Sequence record: KX011028.1
Origin: Staphylococcus phage pSco-10
Direction: 5' to 3' (one strand)
Length of the DNA stretch: 64,000 bases
The position numbers and the translations under genes were made by a program. This document shows positions 50,801-60,021 of this stretch, in pieces (the first letter of the stretch is position 1; every line of letters begins with the position of its first letter). Under the pieces are notes generated by a model. The model saw nothing but the letters and a program-made list of their open reading frames with translations. It was not told the origin of the DNA and made no database searches.

Positions 50801-51574
50801 CTATTCTAGTTTTTGTTTGTTTATATCCATTACTGCTAGTTCTGCATCTTTACGAGATAAACCTTTAGCTAGTTGTAACGTAAGGACTGATTCCTCATAT
50901 CCCATACTATTAGATTTACTCAAATCTTCAACAACGCCATTCCATACATCATTAAACTCTTTTAAATCTTTAATCTTAGTGACATACGCTAAATTTGTAA
51001 TGCTAGATGCTATTTCTTCTTTTCTTAAAGCTCCTGCATCAACTTGAGTGTCAGGTGATGTACCGTGACCAGTTAAAAATGATTTCATAAAGCTTTCCCA
51101 TGTTGCTTCAGGATTAGCAGGATTTTTAACTAATGCAACCCCTGTTATCATAACTTCATCAATAACTCTATTGTCATTCACATTACGTTTTTTAACTGCA
51201 CCTTCAATAGAAAAACCTAAACGTCTTCCGCTACCTGATTTTTCTAATTTCTCAGCTAAATCAAGCATCTTAATAACATTTTCATCATTCTTCCATAACT
51301 TTGCTTCAATAAATAAACCTTTTTCTATATCCACATAGCAATTCTCTGTAGGTATACCTACAACTTTATCACTTTGATGCTCATAATTAATGTACCCTTG
51401 TGATTTAAAATACTCTATATCTATTCCTTTAGGATTAACTATATCATTCTGTAAATCCATACTTGGAGTACTAGCCCATCCTGAAACGATAGAATACTCA
51501 TTAGTATCAGAAGCTGTTGATACAGATTTCTTCAAATCCATCGGTACAAAAGCATTAAATTTTATTTCTTCCAA
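50801..51574 (-). CDS. prohead protease
   Basis: 257 aa, immediately downstream of the portal region. Typical S78/HK97-like position. Confidence 0.65.
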   Translation of the reverse strand: MEEIKFNAFVPMDLKKSVSTASDTNEYSIVSGWASTPSMDLQNDIVNPKGIDIEYFKSQGYINYEHQSDKVVGIPTENCYVDIEKGLFIEAKLWKNDENVIKMLDLAEKLEKSGSGRRLGFSIEGAVKKRNVNDNRVIDEVMITGVALVKNPANPEATWESFMKSFLTGHGTSPDTQVDAGALRKEEIASSITNLAYVTKIKDLKEFNDVWNGVVEDLSKSNSMGYEESVLTLQLAKGLSRKDAELAVMDINKQKLE

Positions 51575-51740
51575 AGGTGTCTACACCTCCACTTGTTATT
51601 TTATTTACTTTTACGTTAATAATATAACAATAATAACTTGTAAGTGAAATATTAATATTTTATATGTATTAATATCAATTACATATAGTATACCATAGTT
51701 ATTACATTTATCAAAATTAAATTAACAAAAAAATAAATAA

Positions 51741-51767
51741 AGCCTAGATTTATTCTAGGCTTATTAA
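51741..51767 (-). terminator. rho-independent terminator after the split homing endonuclease gene
   Basis: Hairpin aagccuaga/ucuaggcuu followed by a U-rich tract on the minus strand. Confidence 0.55.
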
Positions 51768-52292
51768 TTAATGTTTAAATATTTCAATAGACCTGTTTAT
51801 ATAATAACTCGTTTTATTATATTTATCTTTCAATTCTTTCTTACTTAATCCATTGCAGTAATCTAAATATATGCTATATTTAATATCATCATTCTTACTT
51901 CTTATAATATAGTTTCTTAGGTTATGATAATCCTTATTTTTAAGTATATTATTTAACTTACTGTTTTCAACATTATTTAGTATAAAAGATAAATCACTGT
52001 AACTACAATTTATTTCAATATAATCTATATTTTTATTCTTACAATAGTTATATTTCTCTAAATCAGATTCCTTTGTTTTCTCATGATTCATGTAACCATT
52101 TAATTCTCTATAATGCTGTAATCCATGAGTTTCTATAACCATATTTAATTTAGGTAAATAAAAATCAAACTTTCTATTAGGTAAATCTTTAAATACTTTT
52201 TGGTATTCATAATTTAAATTATTTAATTCTAGTAATCCTATCATTAATCTTTCAGGGTATGTTATAGTTGAACTACATCTGTGACATATCAT
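51768..52292 (-). CDS. Vsr/DUF559-like nuclease domain, the C-terminal half of a split homing endonuclease
   Basis: MICHRCSS zinc knuckle followed by DFYLPKLNMVIETHGLQHY. Paralogous to the nuclease domain of the terL-intron endonuclease. Confidence 0.65.
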   Translation of the reverse strand: MICHRCSSTITYPERLMIGLLELNNLNYEYQKVFKDLPNRKFDFYLPKLNMVIETHGLQHYRELNGYMNHEKTKESDLEKYNYCKNKNIDYIEINCSYSDLSFILNNVENSKLNNILKNKDYHNLRNYIIRSKNDDIKYSIYLDYCNGLSKKELKDKYNKTSYYINRSIEIFKH

Positions 52293-52692
52293 ATTCTTCT
52301 TTATACTCTGAACATATCATAGTATAAACTATTCCTACATTCTTAACCTTTCTAATAGTTCTTACAGTGTCACCATTAACTACTTCCTGCTCTCGATATT
52401 TAGCTTTATTAGGAGGATTAACTATTTTATTTATATTTAGTGTCTTTAAATCATGAGGGTCTATTACCTTAACATAATTATCATATTCAACTTTAACTTT
52501 TCCTTTATCTTCCATATGATAAGTTACATAAAATAGACCCTTCTTACCTTTGTAATAAAAACTTACTTCTGTATTTAAACACTTTTTCCAATTTTTTCTA
52601 GGGGTATCTTTACGATACCCACTATCACCTTTTTGTAAATAAGGAACGTTAGTTAAATCAATCCAATTATTATCTTTATATATAACTGACAT
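52273..52692 (-). pseudogene. N-terminal DNA-binding half of a homing endonuclease, separated from the nuclease half by a 28-bp duplication that shifts the frame
   Basis: A direct repeat ATGATATGT flanks 19 nt. Removing 28 nt fuses this ORF in frame to 51768..52292. Confidence 0.5.
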
Positions 52693-52712
52693 TTAATTTT
52701 TTTACCTCCTTA

Positions 52713-54407
52713 TTAGTGTTTAAAATCAGAAGACTTTTCACCTTTTTTACCTTGACCCTTGTTAGACGTTTCTGTTCTATAAACGTTTGTATCTCCTTTA
52801 ATTTGGGAGTCAGTTCCTACTTCAGGGTTACCATCATTACTAGAATCTGCCGATTGACTGTCTTCGGAATCGTCATTATCTCCCTCTAGTAAACTCATCA
52901 TCATTTGTAAACGTTCTTTTTGTTTACCATCATCATATTGTTTCTCTTGTTGTAATTGAGCTGTTGCTTGTAAGAATGAAGCATCTAAAATAATGTCTCC
53001 ACCTTCAATAGGTTTCTTACCTTGCTCTTCTCTAGCCTCGTTTACTGTTTTGAATATTTGAGTTTCAAGTTTAAGGATATTAAGCTTATCTGTAGCACTC
53101 TTAGTATCTCCACCAACAAATTGGAAAGTATATTTATCTCCATATTCTGATATAATATGTCTATTAACTAAATCTTCGATAAATCTAAGTAAAGGTTGTA
53201 ACCCTTTATTTTGAGATTGTTGTTGTTTTTTACCTGGGTCAGCCTCATTTAAAGTAGAGCCACCTTTAGAACCTGTAGCTCCTCCTCTATTAGGGAAACC
53301 AATTTCTGCAGGGTCAATACCATACAAAGCAGATATAATATTAATAAGATAGTTTAACCATTTCTCGAATTGCATATCATTAGCAGTAGGGGTCATATTA
53401 ACAAATTTAATATCGTCTGCCATTACCACCGGAATTTGCCATGAACCATTGATACCTGATAAACTTGATTTCCATTCACGCTTAAAATTCTCTAATGCAT
53501 GTTGTGATTGTTGTTGGTCTGAACGTATTTGTAAAATACCTCTAGTAGTACCACCGTGTGAGAAAAATCTATCATTAAATGATTCAGTATTATTGTAGGC
53601 AATAAATTCTTTCATAGCTATCTCTACTTCTGATAATCCATATCCGGAAGAAGATAATTCAGTTCTAGGGTTTCTTATACCCATAGCCAATTCTCTAGAA
53701 GTAAAACTAGCCACTACTCTTTTATCTACTACCTGAACAAATCTCTTGCCACCCTTAATAATTTTACCTTTTTTATCTGTTGCATAAAAAATAGTAGAAG
53801 GGTCTACTGCTATGAATTTCTCTAATCTAGTTTTATTGTTCTTACTAAATACTTTTTCAAAGTTAACCTGGTCATAGATATAAGTATCTCTAACAATTTT
53901 CTTACAGAAAGTTTGGAACGAGTCTCTGTCTACATCTTTATCTTTACCAGTATTAACAATAAAATCTTCTATACGTTTCATTTCTTCTTTTTCTTTTCTA
54001 CCTGGCTCTGCATCTAGGTCTCTTAGTCTTACCTCAAAACCTAAACCTTTCTCTGAATATCTTGCAGGTTGACAATACATAGCTACTTGATTTGAACGTG
54101 TAAGTATGATAGCATTAAGAATAGGGTTGTTACCAAACTTTTTCAAAACATCATGTAAATTATGTTCATTCTTCATGTAACTTCTCTTGTCTCTAAACTC
54201 AGGATTAGTATCCATCATTTCTATAAATGGCTCTGCATAAGCCTGTTGCTGTCCGTATAAAGACTTAGTTAAGTCTTGATATTCTTTATTGTCTTGTTCT
54301 ATTTTTTTAATGTTAGCTTGTAATCCCTCATCAATAGGAACCTGAGCAATAGTACTATTATTACTGTAGCTCTTACCTAATCTGAATTGCTTAAATAAAT
54401 CTGCCAA
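52713..54407 (-). CDS. portal protein
   Basis: 564 aa with an acidic C-terminus, immediately upstream of the protease. Confidence 0.8.
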   Translation of the reverse strand: MADLFKQFRLGKSYSNNSTIAQVPIDEGLQANIKKIEQDNKEYQDLTKSLYGQQQAYAEPFIEMMDTNPEFRDKRSYMKNEHNLHDVLKKFGNNPILNAIILTRSNQVAMYCQPARYSEKGLGFEVRLRDLDAEPGRKEKEEMKRIEDFIVNTGKDKDVDRDSFQTFCKKIVRDTYIYDQVNFEKVFSKNNKTRLEKFIAVDPSTIFYATDKKGKIIKGGKRFVQVVDKRVVASFTSRELAMGIRNPRTELSSSGYGLSEVEIAMKEFIAYNNTESFNDRFFSHGGTTRGILQIRSDQQQSQHALENFKREWKSSLSGINGSWQIPVVMADDIKFVNMTPTANDMQFEKWLNYLINIISALYGIDPAEIGFPNRGGATGSKGGSTLNEADPGKKQQQSQNKGLQPLLRFIEDLVNRHIISEYGDKYTFQFVGGDTKSATDKLNILKLETQIFKTVNEAREEQGKKPIEGGDIILDASFLQATAQLQQEKQYDDGKQKERLQMMMSLLEGDNDDSEDSQSADSSNDGNPEVGTDSQIKGDTNVYRTETSNKGQGKKGEKSSDFKH

Positions 54408-54410
54408 TTA

Positions 54411-54791
54411 CTAGTCACCTCTACTCCCTCTTACTGTAGTTAATACAACAGTGTTATTATAAGTTACATCTCTAATATGTTGAGGGATATTTATTTTAAC
54501 CTCGAACGGTTCTTCAATGTAATAAAACATCTTTTTACTTTCCATAACAATATCATAATCTTCTAATAGTATATTATTATCTTTATCTACTAATATTACT
54601 TTATTGTCTTTTGTTGCTTCTAAAATCATGTATTTTACTTTATTTAAAGCAATAAAAACAGCTACGTGTTTTCCACCTATCTGTCTATAATAATCTACAA
54701 TCTCTATCCAATTATCTTGCATTCCTTGACCTTTAATGAAATCTTTTGCTTCATCCCATTTTTTATCTTTAGAGAATATCAACCTATTCAC
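54411..54791 (-). CDS. hypothetical protein
   Basis: 126-aa ORF. Confidence 0.55.
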   Translation of the reverse strand: MNRLIFSKDKKWDEAKDFIKGQGMQDNWIEIVDYYRQIGGKHVAVFIALNKVKYMILEATKDNKVILVDKDNNILLEDYDIVMESKKMFYYIEEPFEVKINIPQHIRDVTYNNTVVLTTVRGSRGD

Positions 54792-55168
54792 CGTCTTTTT
54801 TTATTTTTAAAGTTACTCTTTTTAATAATTTTCATCATCTTGTACCATATTCCTCCAAGTATAGAACCTATAAAACTTATAGTAAATATAATTATAGGGT
54901 CATTAAATCCAATATAATGTTCAGTATTTTCTATGGAATCTATTACATCATTTTTAATAAGTACAGATGTTGTCTGAAACATAGTTAAAACTATGTATGT
55001 GCCTATACCTATTATAGCATAAATTACATACAAAACAAAAAAGTTTTTACTGGAGAACTTACTGTGAACAAAAACCATTAAAGTTAAAAGACATAAACAG
55101 GTAAGTACTACTGATAGTGACGTTATAATATTCATTCCTACCAAAGTTTTCACCACCGTAATGTTCAA
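54788..55168 (-). CDS. membrane protein (about 4 TM)
   Basis: Hydrophobic segments. TTG start. Confidence 0.55.
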   Translation of the reverse strand: MNITVVKTLVGMNIITSLSVVLTCLCLLTLMVFVHSKFSSKNFFVLYVIYAIIGIGTYIVLTMFQTTSVLIKNDVIDSIENTEHYIGFNDPIIIFTISFIGSILGGIWYKMMKIIKKSNFKNKKRR

Positions 55169-55207
55169 TTTTTTTATATTTATCTCTTATTTAATATAGC
55201 AAACAAA

Positions 55208-55229
55208 AAAGAGGAGTAATTACTCCTCT
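55208..55229 (-). terminator. rho-independent terminator overlapping the stop of the 418-aa gene
   Basis: Hairpin aagaggagua/uacuccucuu followed by a 6-nt U run on the minus strand. Confidence 0.55.
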
Positions 55230-56476
55230 TCAATTTTATCTTCGTTATCTGTAGTATTATCGTCCGGTTGTTCTTCCGGTTGTTCTGTAGTCTGCTCATC
55301 CTCTGATGTATCTTCATTTGTATCCTCTTCGTCCGCTTTATCGTCCGGTTCAGAAGGTTCTTCTACCTCATTTTCATCAGGGTTTTCAGACGGTTCTTCT
55401 TCATTTTCATCAGGGTTATCTGATGGTTCGGAAGGTTCTTCTTCATTATCATTACCTTCATCAGGTTTTTCGTTAGGTTGCTCAGTACCAGGTTCTGAAG
55501 GCTCAGGCTCAGGCTCAGGAGTTACTTCTCCTTCATTGCCCCCTGTATTACCATTATCTGAAGGCTCTTCTATTGGCGGTGGTGGCTCAATACTACCTCC
55601 ACCACCTGAACCTTTTCCACCATCTGCATCTGTATATCCTGGAGGAGGTGGATTTGGATTATCTGTGTTATCTACATCTCCTGAATTATTATCTACTGTA
55701 TTTCCAGGTAATACATCTGAAGGTATACCAGGTTCAACTGGATTTGGTATAGTAGGATTATCTGTTGGTACACTTCCAACTGAAGGGTTATCAGCAGGAG
55801 GTAGTATATCTGAAGGTGTAGTTGGGTTAACTGGATTTGTTATAATAGAGTTATCTGTTGGTACATTATCATTAGAAGCATCGATACCCTCTGATATACT
55901 ATTTGCTGTGTTTGGGTAAACATTACTATCAATAATACCTAAACTGTCTGTACTAGGTGAATACTGTGATAGGTAAGGGGAACCTAATACACTAGTAATG
56001 ATAGAACCTACTGTTTGTTTTTCATAACCACTGTTTGTAGGAACAGTTATTGTACCGACCCCGTCTTCACTAATAAGTATTTCAGGCTTGCCTACTTTAT
56101 CACTAAACTCAATATTATTTTTTACTAATATTAAGTCATCGTCACCCGTTACATCGTATATTTTATCTCTAGTTTTTTTATCTTCCTTTTGTCTTTCTTT
56201 TTTTGACTTCTCGTTATAACCCTTATAATTTGTTTCTTTTTTAACTTTCCTAAGCTCTTCTTCAGCTTCATTTAATCTTTTTACATATTTCTTTTTAGTA
56301 TCACCATTATTATCATCTGCTTTTTGATAAATCTCAACTATTCTCTGATATTTATCTTTATCTTCCTTAGCATCTTGATATTTATTAAAAAATATGGTAG
56401 TTATGACTACAAATATTGCGACCATAACCGTAATTATGGTTATTATTATCTCATTACCTTGTGGTTTCTTTTTCAA
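55220..56476 (-). CDS. membrane-anchored low-complexity protein (Pro-rich repeats, acidic PEPE tail)
   Basis: N-terminal TM, repeated NP..P.D..P segments, C-terminal EPSEPSDNPDENEEE. My hand-indexing differs from the track by 1 nt here. Confidence 0.55.
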   Translation of the reverse strand: MKKKPQGNEIIITIITVMVAIFVVITTIFFNKYQDAKEDKDKYQRIVEIYQKADDNNGDTKKKYVKRLNEAEEELRKVKKETNYKGYNEKSKKERQKEDKKTRDKIYDVTGDDDLILVKNNIEFSDKVGKPEILISEDGVGTITVPTNSGYEKQTVGSIITSVLGSPYLSQYSPSTDSLGIIDSNVYPNTANSISEGIDASNDNVPTDNSIITNPVNPTTPSDILPPADNPSVGSVPTDNPTIPNPVEPGIPSDVLPGNTVDNNSGDVDNTDNPNPPPPGYTDADGGKGSGGGGSIEPPPPIEEPSDNGNTGGNEGEVTPEPEPEPSEPGTEQPNEKPDEGNDNEEEPSEPSDNPDENEEEPSENPDENEVEEPSEPDDKADEEDTNEDTSEDEQTTEQPEEQPDDNTTDNEDKIEEE

Positions 56477-56517
56477 TTATGATACCTCTTTTTATATAGT
56501 CTCACAATTCTTCCCTT

Positions 56518-56997
56518 TTATAAGTTATTAAGTTTTTCTTCTTCTTCTTTTCTAATGCGTTCTTTTTCTTCAAAGTCTTTGCTAAGCATAAATGAAATAC
56601 TTCCTTGGAACTCATTACCTGAAAGAATGTTACTTAATGCTGTATCTATAATAGCTACATCACCTAGCTCAATTGCTTTACCTAATTCTACATCTTTTCT
56701 GAATTGCTTGTTAGCTTCAAAAATATCAATGCGTTTTGAAAAAGCAAGTTTATACATCTTATCATGTAAATCTCCTGTTAATGGGTCATTTAATCTACTT
56801 TGAAATACCATTAGAGAGCCATCTAGACGTTGAGTTTCATCCATAGGGTCTTGTCTAAATACATTATAAGACTTGTATAATCTACTTACCATTTCACATA
56901 ATAAGCTACTAAATTCTTTAATACTATCTTCTTTCTCCTCTTTACTAAGTGGAGTTATTGATTCTTCTAACGTTAAATTATTTTCTTCTAAAGTCAT
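56518..56997 (-). CDS. hypothetical protein
   Basis: 159-aa ORF. Confidence 0.55.
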   Translation of the reverse strand: MTLEENNLTLEESITPLSKEEKEDSIKEFSSLLCEMVSRLYKSYNVFRQDPMDETQRLDGSLMVFQSRLNDPLTGDLHDKMYKLAFSKRIDIFEANKQFRKDVELGKAIELGDVAIIDTALSNILSGNEFQGSISFMLSKDFEEKERIRKEEEEKLNNL

Positions 56998-57153
56998 TTA
57001 TTTCTTCCTTCCTTTTTTATCTTACCTTTAATATCTTCCTGTAATATCTTTAATAATTCAGTTGTGTTATCTATCCTACTCATACTAGACTTTATATAAA
57101 GTAATTTTATTATAATATATAGTATGAATACAATAGAATAGATGATTATAGTG

Positions 57154-57975
57154 CTAAATAAAATCACTATAATCACCTAAGAATTGTTTTACATCTTTTT
57201 TTCTTAGGATGTATCCATCTTTATTAGGTTTAAATCCTAAAGTTTTTAAATACTCTATAGCTTCAGGCAATTCTATGTCATACACAACTGCATTTTTATT
57301 TTCCTTAATACTTAAACGTAATAATTCCATAATAGCTCTTGCTCCTACGCCGTCTGAATCAGGTGAGCTTGCATAAGAGTCTAAAATTATATCATTTTCA
57401 GTTCTTTTAAAAGATGTAATTCCTAATGTATCTCCATTATCATCAACAAACTCTTTGTACAATGATGAGTTTGTACTGACATGTGATACATCGACACCTT
57501 TTTTACTTAAACTAGATAATGAATTTGCTACCTTTTTAGGGTTTACCTTTCCTTCTTCACCATTCGAAATAGCTCTTGCTCCTACTGCACTTCTACTAAC
57601 TTCTTCTTTTCCTTCTTGTTTTTCTTTACTATCATTATCTTTATTACCGTCTTCGTAAACTGTCATTTCCATTTCTTTACCATTACGAATAACAGTACGT
57701 TTAACCTTATTTAGCCCACTAAGATTTTTATCTCCACCTTTATGGACTATTTCAGGCTCTCTATTAGCATATAAAAAACAATCAAAGAAATTATCGAATC
57801 CTAGAGATTTATAAACATGTTCATATTTAACATCTAAGGCATCACTATTTTTAGAAACATAATCTAAAGATAATTCCTCACCCAATAACAAATTCAATAC
57901 ACTTTTATTAATTTCTTCATTACTAATTGTACCATAAAATAATTTATTTGTCAAGTTTATTTCACCTCTATTCAT
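57154..57975 (-). CDS. hypothetical protein (start trimmed to Met21 so it no longer overlaps terL exon 2)
   Basis: The track ORF 57154..58035 overlaps terL by 68 nt. Contains a repeated GARAI motif. Confidence 0.5.
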   Translation of the reverse strand: MNRGEINLTNKLFYGTISNEEINKSVLNLLLGEELSLDYVSKNSDALDVKYEHVYKSLGFDNFFDCFLYANREPEIVHKGGDKNLSGLNKVKRTVIRNGKEMEMTVYEDGNKDNDSKEKQEGKEEVSRSAVGARAISNGEEGKVNPKKVANSLSSLSKKGVDVSHVSTNSSLYKEFVDDNGDTLGITSFKRTENDIILDSYASSPDSDGVGARAIMELLRLSIKENKNAVVYDIELPEAIEYLKTLGFKPNKDGYILRKKDVKQFLGDYSDFI

Positions 57976-58738
57976 CAAAGTAGAATTGTTTATTTCCTTC
58001 TTGATTGTAATCAGTGGAAACAAATGTAGAACCAAAACTTGTACCGTTTCCTTCTTTAAGAAGTTCTTGTATTCTTGTTAATCCGATATTAGAGTATACA
58101 GATGCTTGAGCCCAGTGGTCGTCACCTTTACGTTTAATAACTTGTCTCATTTCTTCTGTTTTCTCATCTTCTTCATCCATGATTAATACATTCTGCCAAT
58201 GTTTTAAGAAAGTTCTTAAATCGTCATCCACTTCTTGGTACATTCTTATATTCTTAGTTTTTAAACCTTGGATATATAATTTGTTCTGCATTAATTTATC
58301 TACTGTAACCGTATTTTTATTTTCATTAAATTCAGGTCTTAACTGTCCTGTGGATTTAGGAGAAGATTTATAAGTACATCCAAAAACTTTGTCTTCCCCA
58401 AAATGATTAATGAGTTTTAGAACGTTATTACCTGAGTCACCGTTATCTGCAATTATAATGTCAGGGTCGTACTTAGATATTTCCCAAATGATTTTTTCTA
58501 AATCTGCTTCTACCATATCAGGTCTAGACATTTTCTTAACAGAAAATAATCTAATTAAATCTTTTTTACCATCAGGTAAAACTCCATGAATAGAAATCCA
58601 ATGAGTATTACCCCAATCTATACCTACAGAAATATGAGAATATCTATCTCGTTTCATTAATTGTGTTTCTGCAATAGGTGATTTATTGCCAAATACATCT
58701 TCTTCTAAAACACGCATTTTAACATCTTCAAAAGGCAT
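57968..58738 (-). CDS. terL: terminase large subunit exon 2 (nuclease domain). The 5' boundary is tentative.
   Basis: ISVGIDWGNTHW is an RNaseH-like motif I of the terminase nuclease domain. Exon 2 is proposed to begin at ATG 58736-58738. Confidence 0.6.
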   Translation of the reverse strand: MPFEDVKMRVLEEDVFGNKSPIAETQLMKRDRYSHISVGIDWGNTHWISIHGVLPDGKKDLIRLFSVKKMSRPDMVEADLEKIIWEISKYDPDIIIADNGDSGNNVLKLINHFGEDKVFGCTYKSSPKSTGQLRPEFNENKNTVTVDKLMQNKLYIQGLKTKNIRMYQEVDDDLRTFLKHWQNVLIMDEEDEKTEEMRQVIKRKGDDHWAQASVYSNIGLTRIQELLKEGNGTSFGSTFVSTDYNQEGNKQFYFDE

Positions 58739-60021
58739 CAATTACTACCGCTAGTTTCCTAGTATTTGTTTTACGGTTTAGACTATATCATAACCCTTAG
58801 TTTAGGTTAAGGGCTCTCTGCTTTACACTAATAATTTTTTATCTAAATATCTTGCTATAGTATTATAATATTTTTCAGTATACTTAATTTCAATTAACTT
58901 ATATCCTTTTTCGTTTGCATACTTTCGTTTAATATTATCTTTTATAACTTGCTGTTCATATGCTTCTTTACCACCAAAACTATCTATTGGCATGTAGTGC
59001 TGAGCTCCATTATATTCTATTAAGATGTTTAACTCAGGTAAATAAAAGTCGTAGGATAAGTTTCTTTTGTATACTAAATCAGAAAACTTCTTCTGAGTTT
59101 CAAACTTGATATCTCTACTATTAAGATATTTTTCTACATGTTTTTCTCCAATAGACATTTTACATGTAGGACACATATCTCTTGTTAGTAAATGATTAGG
59201 TTTGATTTCCCATTCTGTTCCACATTTATGTCTTACTAGTATTTTGTTTTTTGAGTTAATATAGGTTCCTAGTACTTTGTAGTCACTACCATATCTATCC
59301 TTAACCTCCTTAACAAATACTTCGTGAGGCTTTCTTTGGCTAAGGTTATGAGACTTAATACGACAATACCAACATCTAGAATGTGAAGATATGAAAGCGT
59401 TAGGTGTAACCTCCCACTCCTTGTTACATTCTGTGTGTCGTAGTGTTACTTTATTATAAACACCATTGTATTCTCCTACTAAGATGTACTCCTCTCCTAC
59501 TATGTTGTATAACTCTTTCTTAAACTGTTCAGTAGTTTTAGTTTTTTTACCTTTTGTTTTGTTATTACATTCCGGACATCTTGTTCCTTCTAATACACTT
59601 TTAGGTCGAACCCAATACTTATGATGGTTACAATTCTCTGAGTTGTGTTGTATTAAAACTTTAGTATGGTTATTTGTATACTCACTTAACAAATTATATT
59701 CATCTTTTACCTTAGAGAATAATTTATTTTTAAATTCTTCTGTTGTCATCCTTCGTGCCAAATTAAGCACCTCCTTATTATTAATATTATTTTTTTAAAA
59801 AATTATTAGTTTTTATCTAGTTCTCACTTACACCTTTTTGTAAGTTACCTAGAAATTTAGTCGTTAGGCATTTAGTTAACCTTACAAATACACTATAACA
59901 TGTATTTTATATAAAGTCAACACTTAGCACGGGATTATCATATGCTTCTTTAAGCACTTAGATTTTCCCCGTTTAACAGAGTTCTTCGATACACATTACT
60001 GTGTAAAGGGGCTACCTATTT
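58739..60021 (-). mobile_element. group I intron in terL (about 1.28 kb) carrying a homing endonuclease ORF
   Basis: 5' splice site after GGT (plus 60022-60024). Proposed P1 is exon GGGU, a 9-nt loop, IGS GCCC. R-like cuaacgacuaaa precedes the ORF. S-like gauauagucu and a GAAA-tetraloop P9 (cuag gaaa cuag) follow it. The 3' splice site is uncertain. Confidence 0.6.
58823..59770 (-). CDS. intron-encoded homing endonuclease with zinc-finger DNA-binding modules and a C-terminal Vsr/DUF559-like nuclease domain
   Basis: Several C..C/H..C knuckles. C-terminal DFYLPELNILIEYNGAQHY. AAGGAGG RBS with an ambiguous TTG/GTG start. Confidence 0.75.
   Translation of the reverse strand: MLNLARRMTTEEFKNKLFSKVKDEYNLLSEYTNNHTKVLIQHNSENCNHHKYWVRPKSVLEGTRCPECNNKTKGKKTKTTEQFKKELYNIVGEEYILVGEYNGVYNKVTLRHTECNKEWEVTPNAFISSHSRCWYCRIKSHNLSQRKPHEVFVKEVKDRYGSDYKVLGTYINSKNKILVRHKCGTEWEIKPNHLLTRDMCPTCKMSIGEKHVEKYLNSRDIKFETQKKFSDLVYKRNLSYDFYLPELNILIEYNGAQHYMPIDSFGGKEAYEQQVIKDNIKRKYANEKGYKLIEIKYTEKYYNTIARYLDKKLLV

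Noticed and set aside
55536-55919. A 127-aa plus-strand ORF.
   Set aside because: It is antisense to the Pro-rich repeat region of gene 55220..56476.
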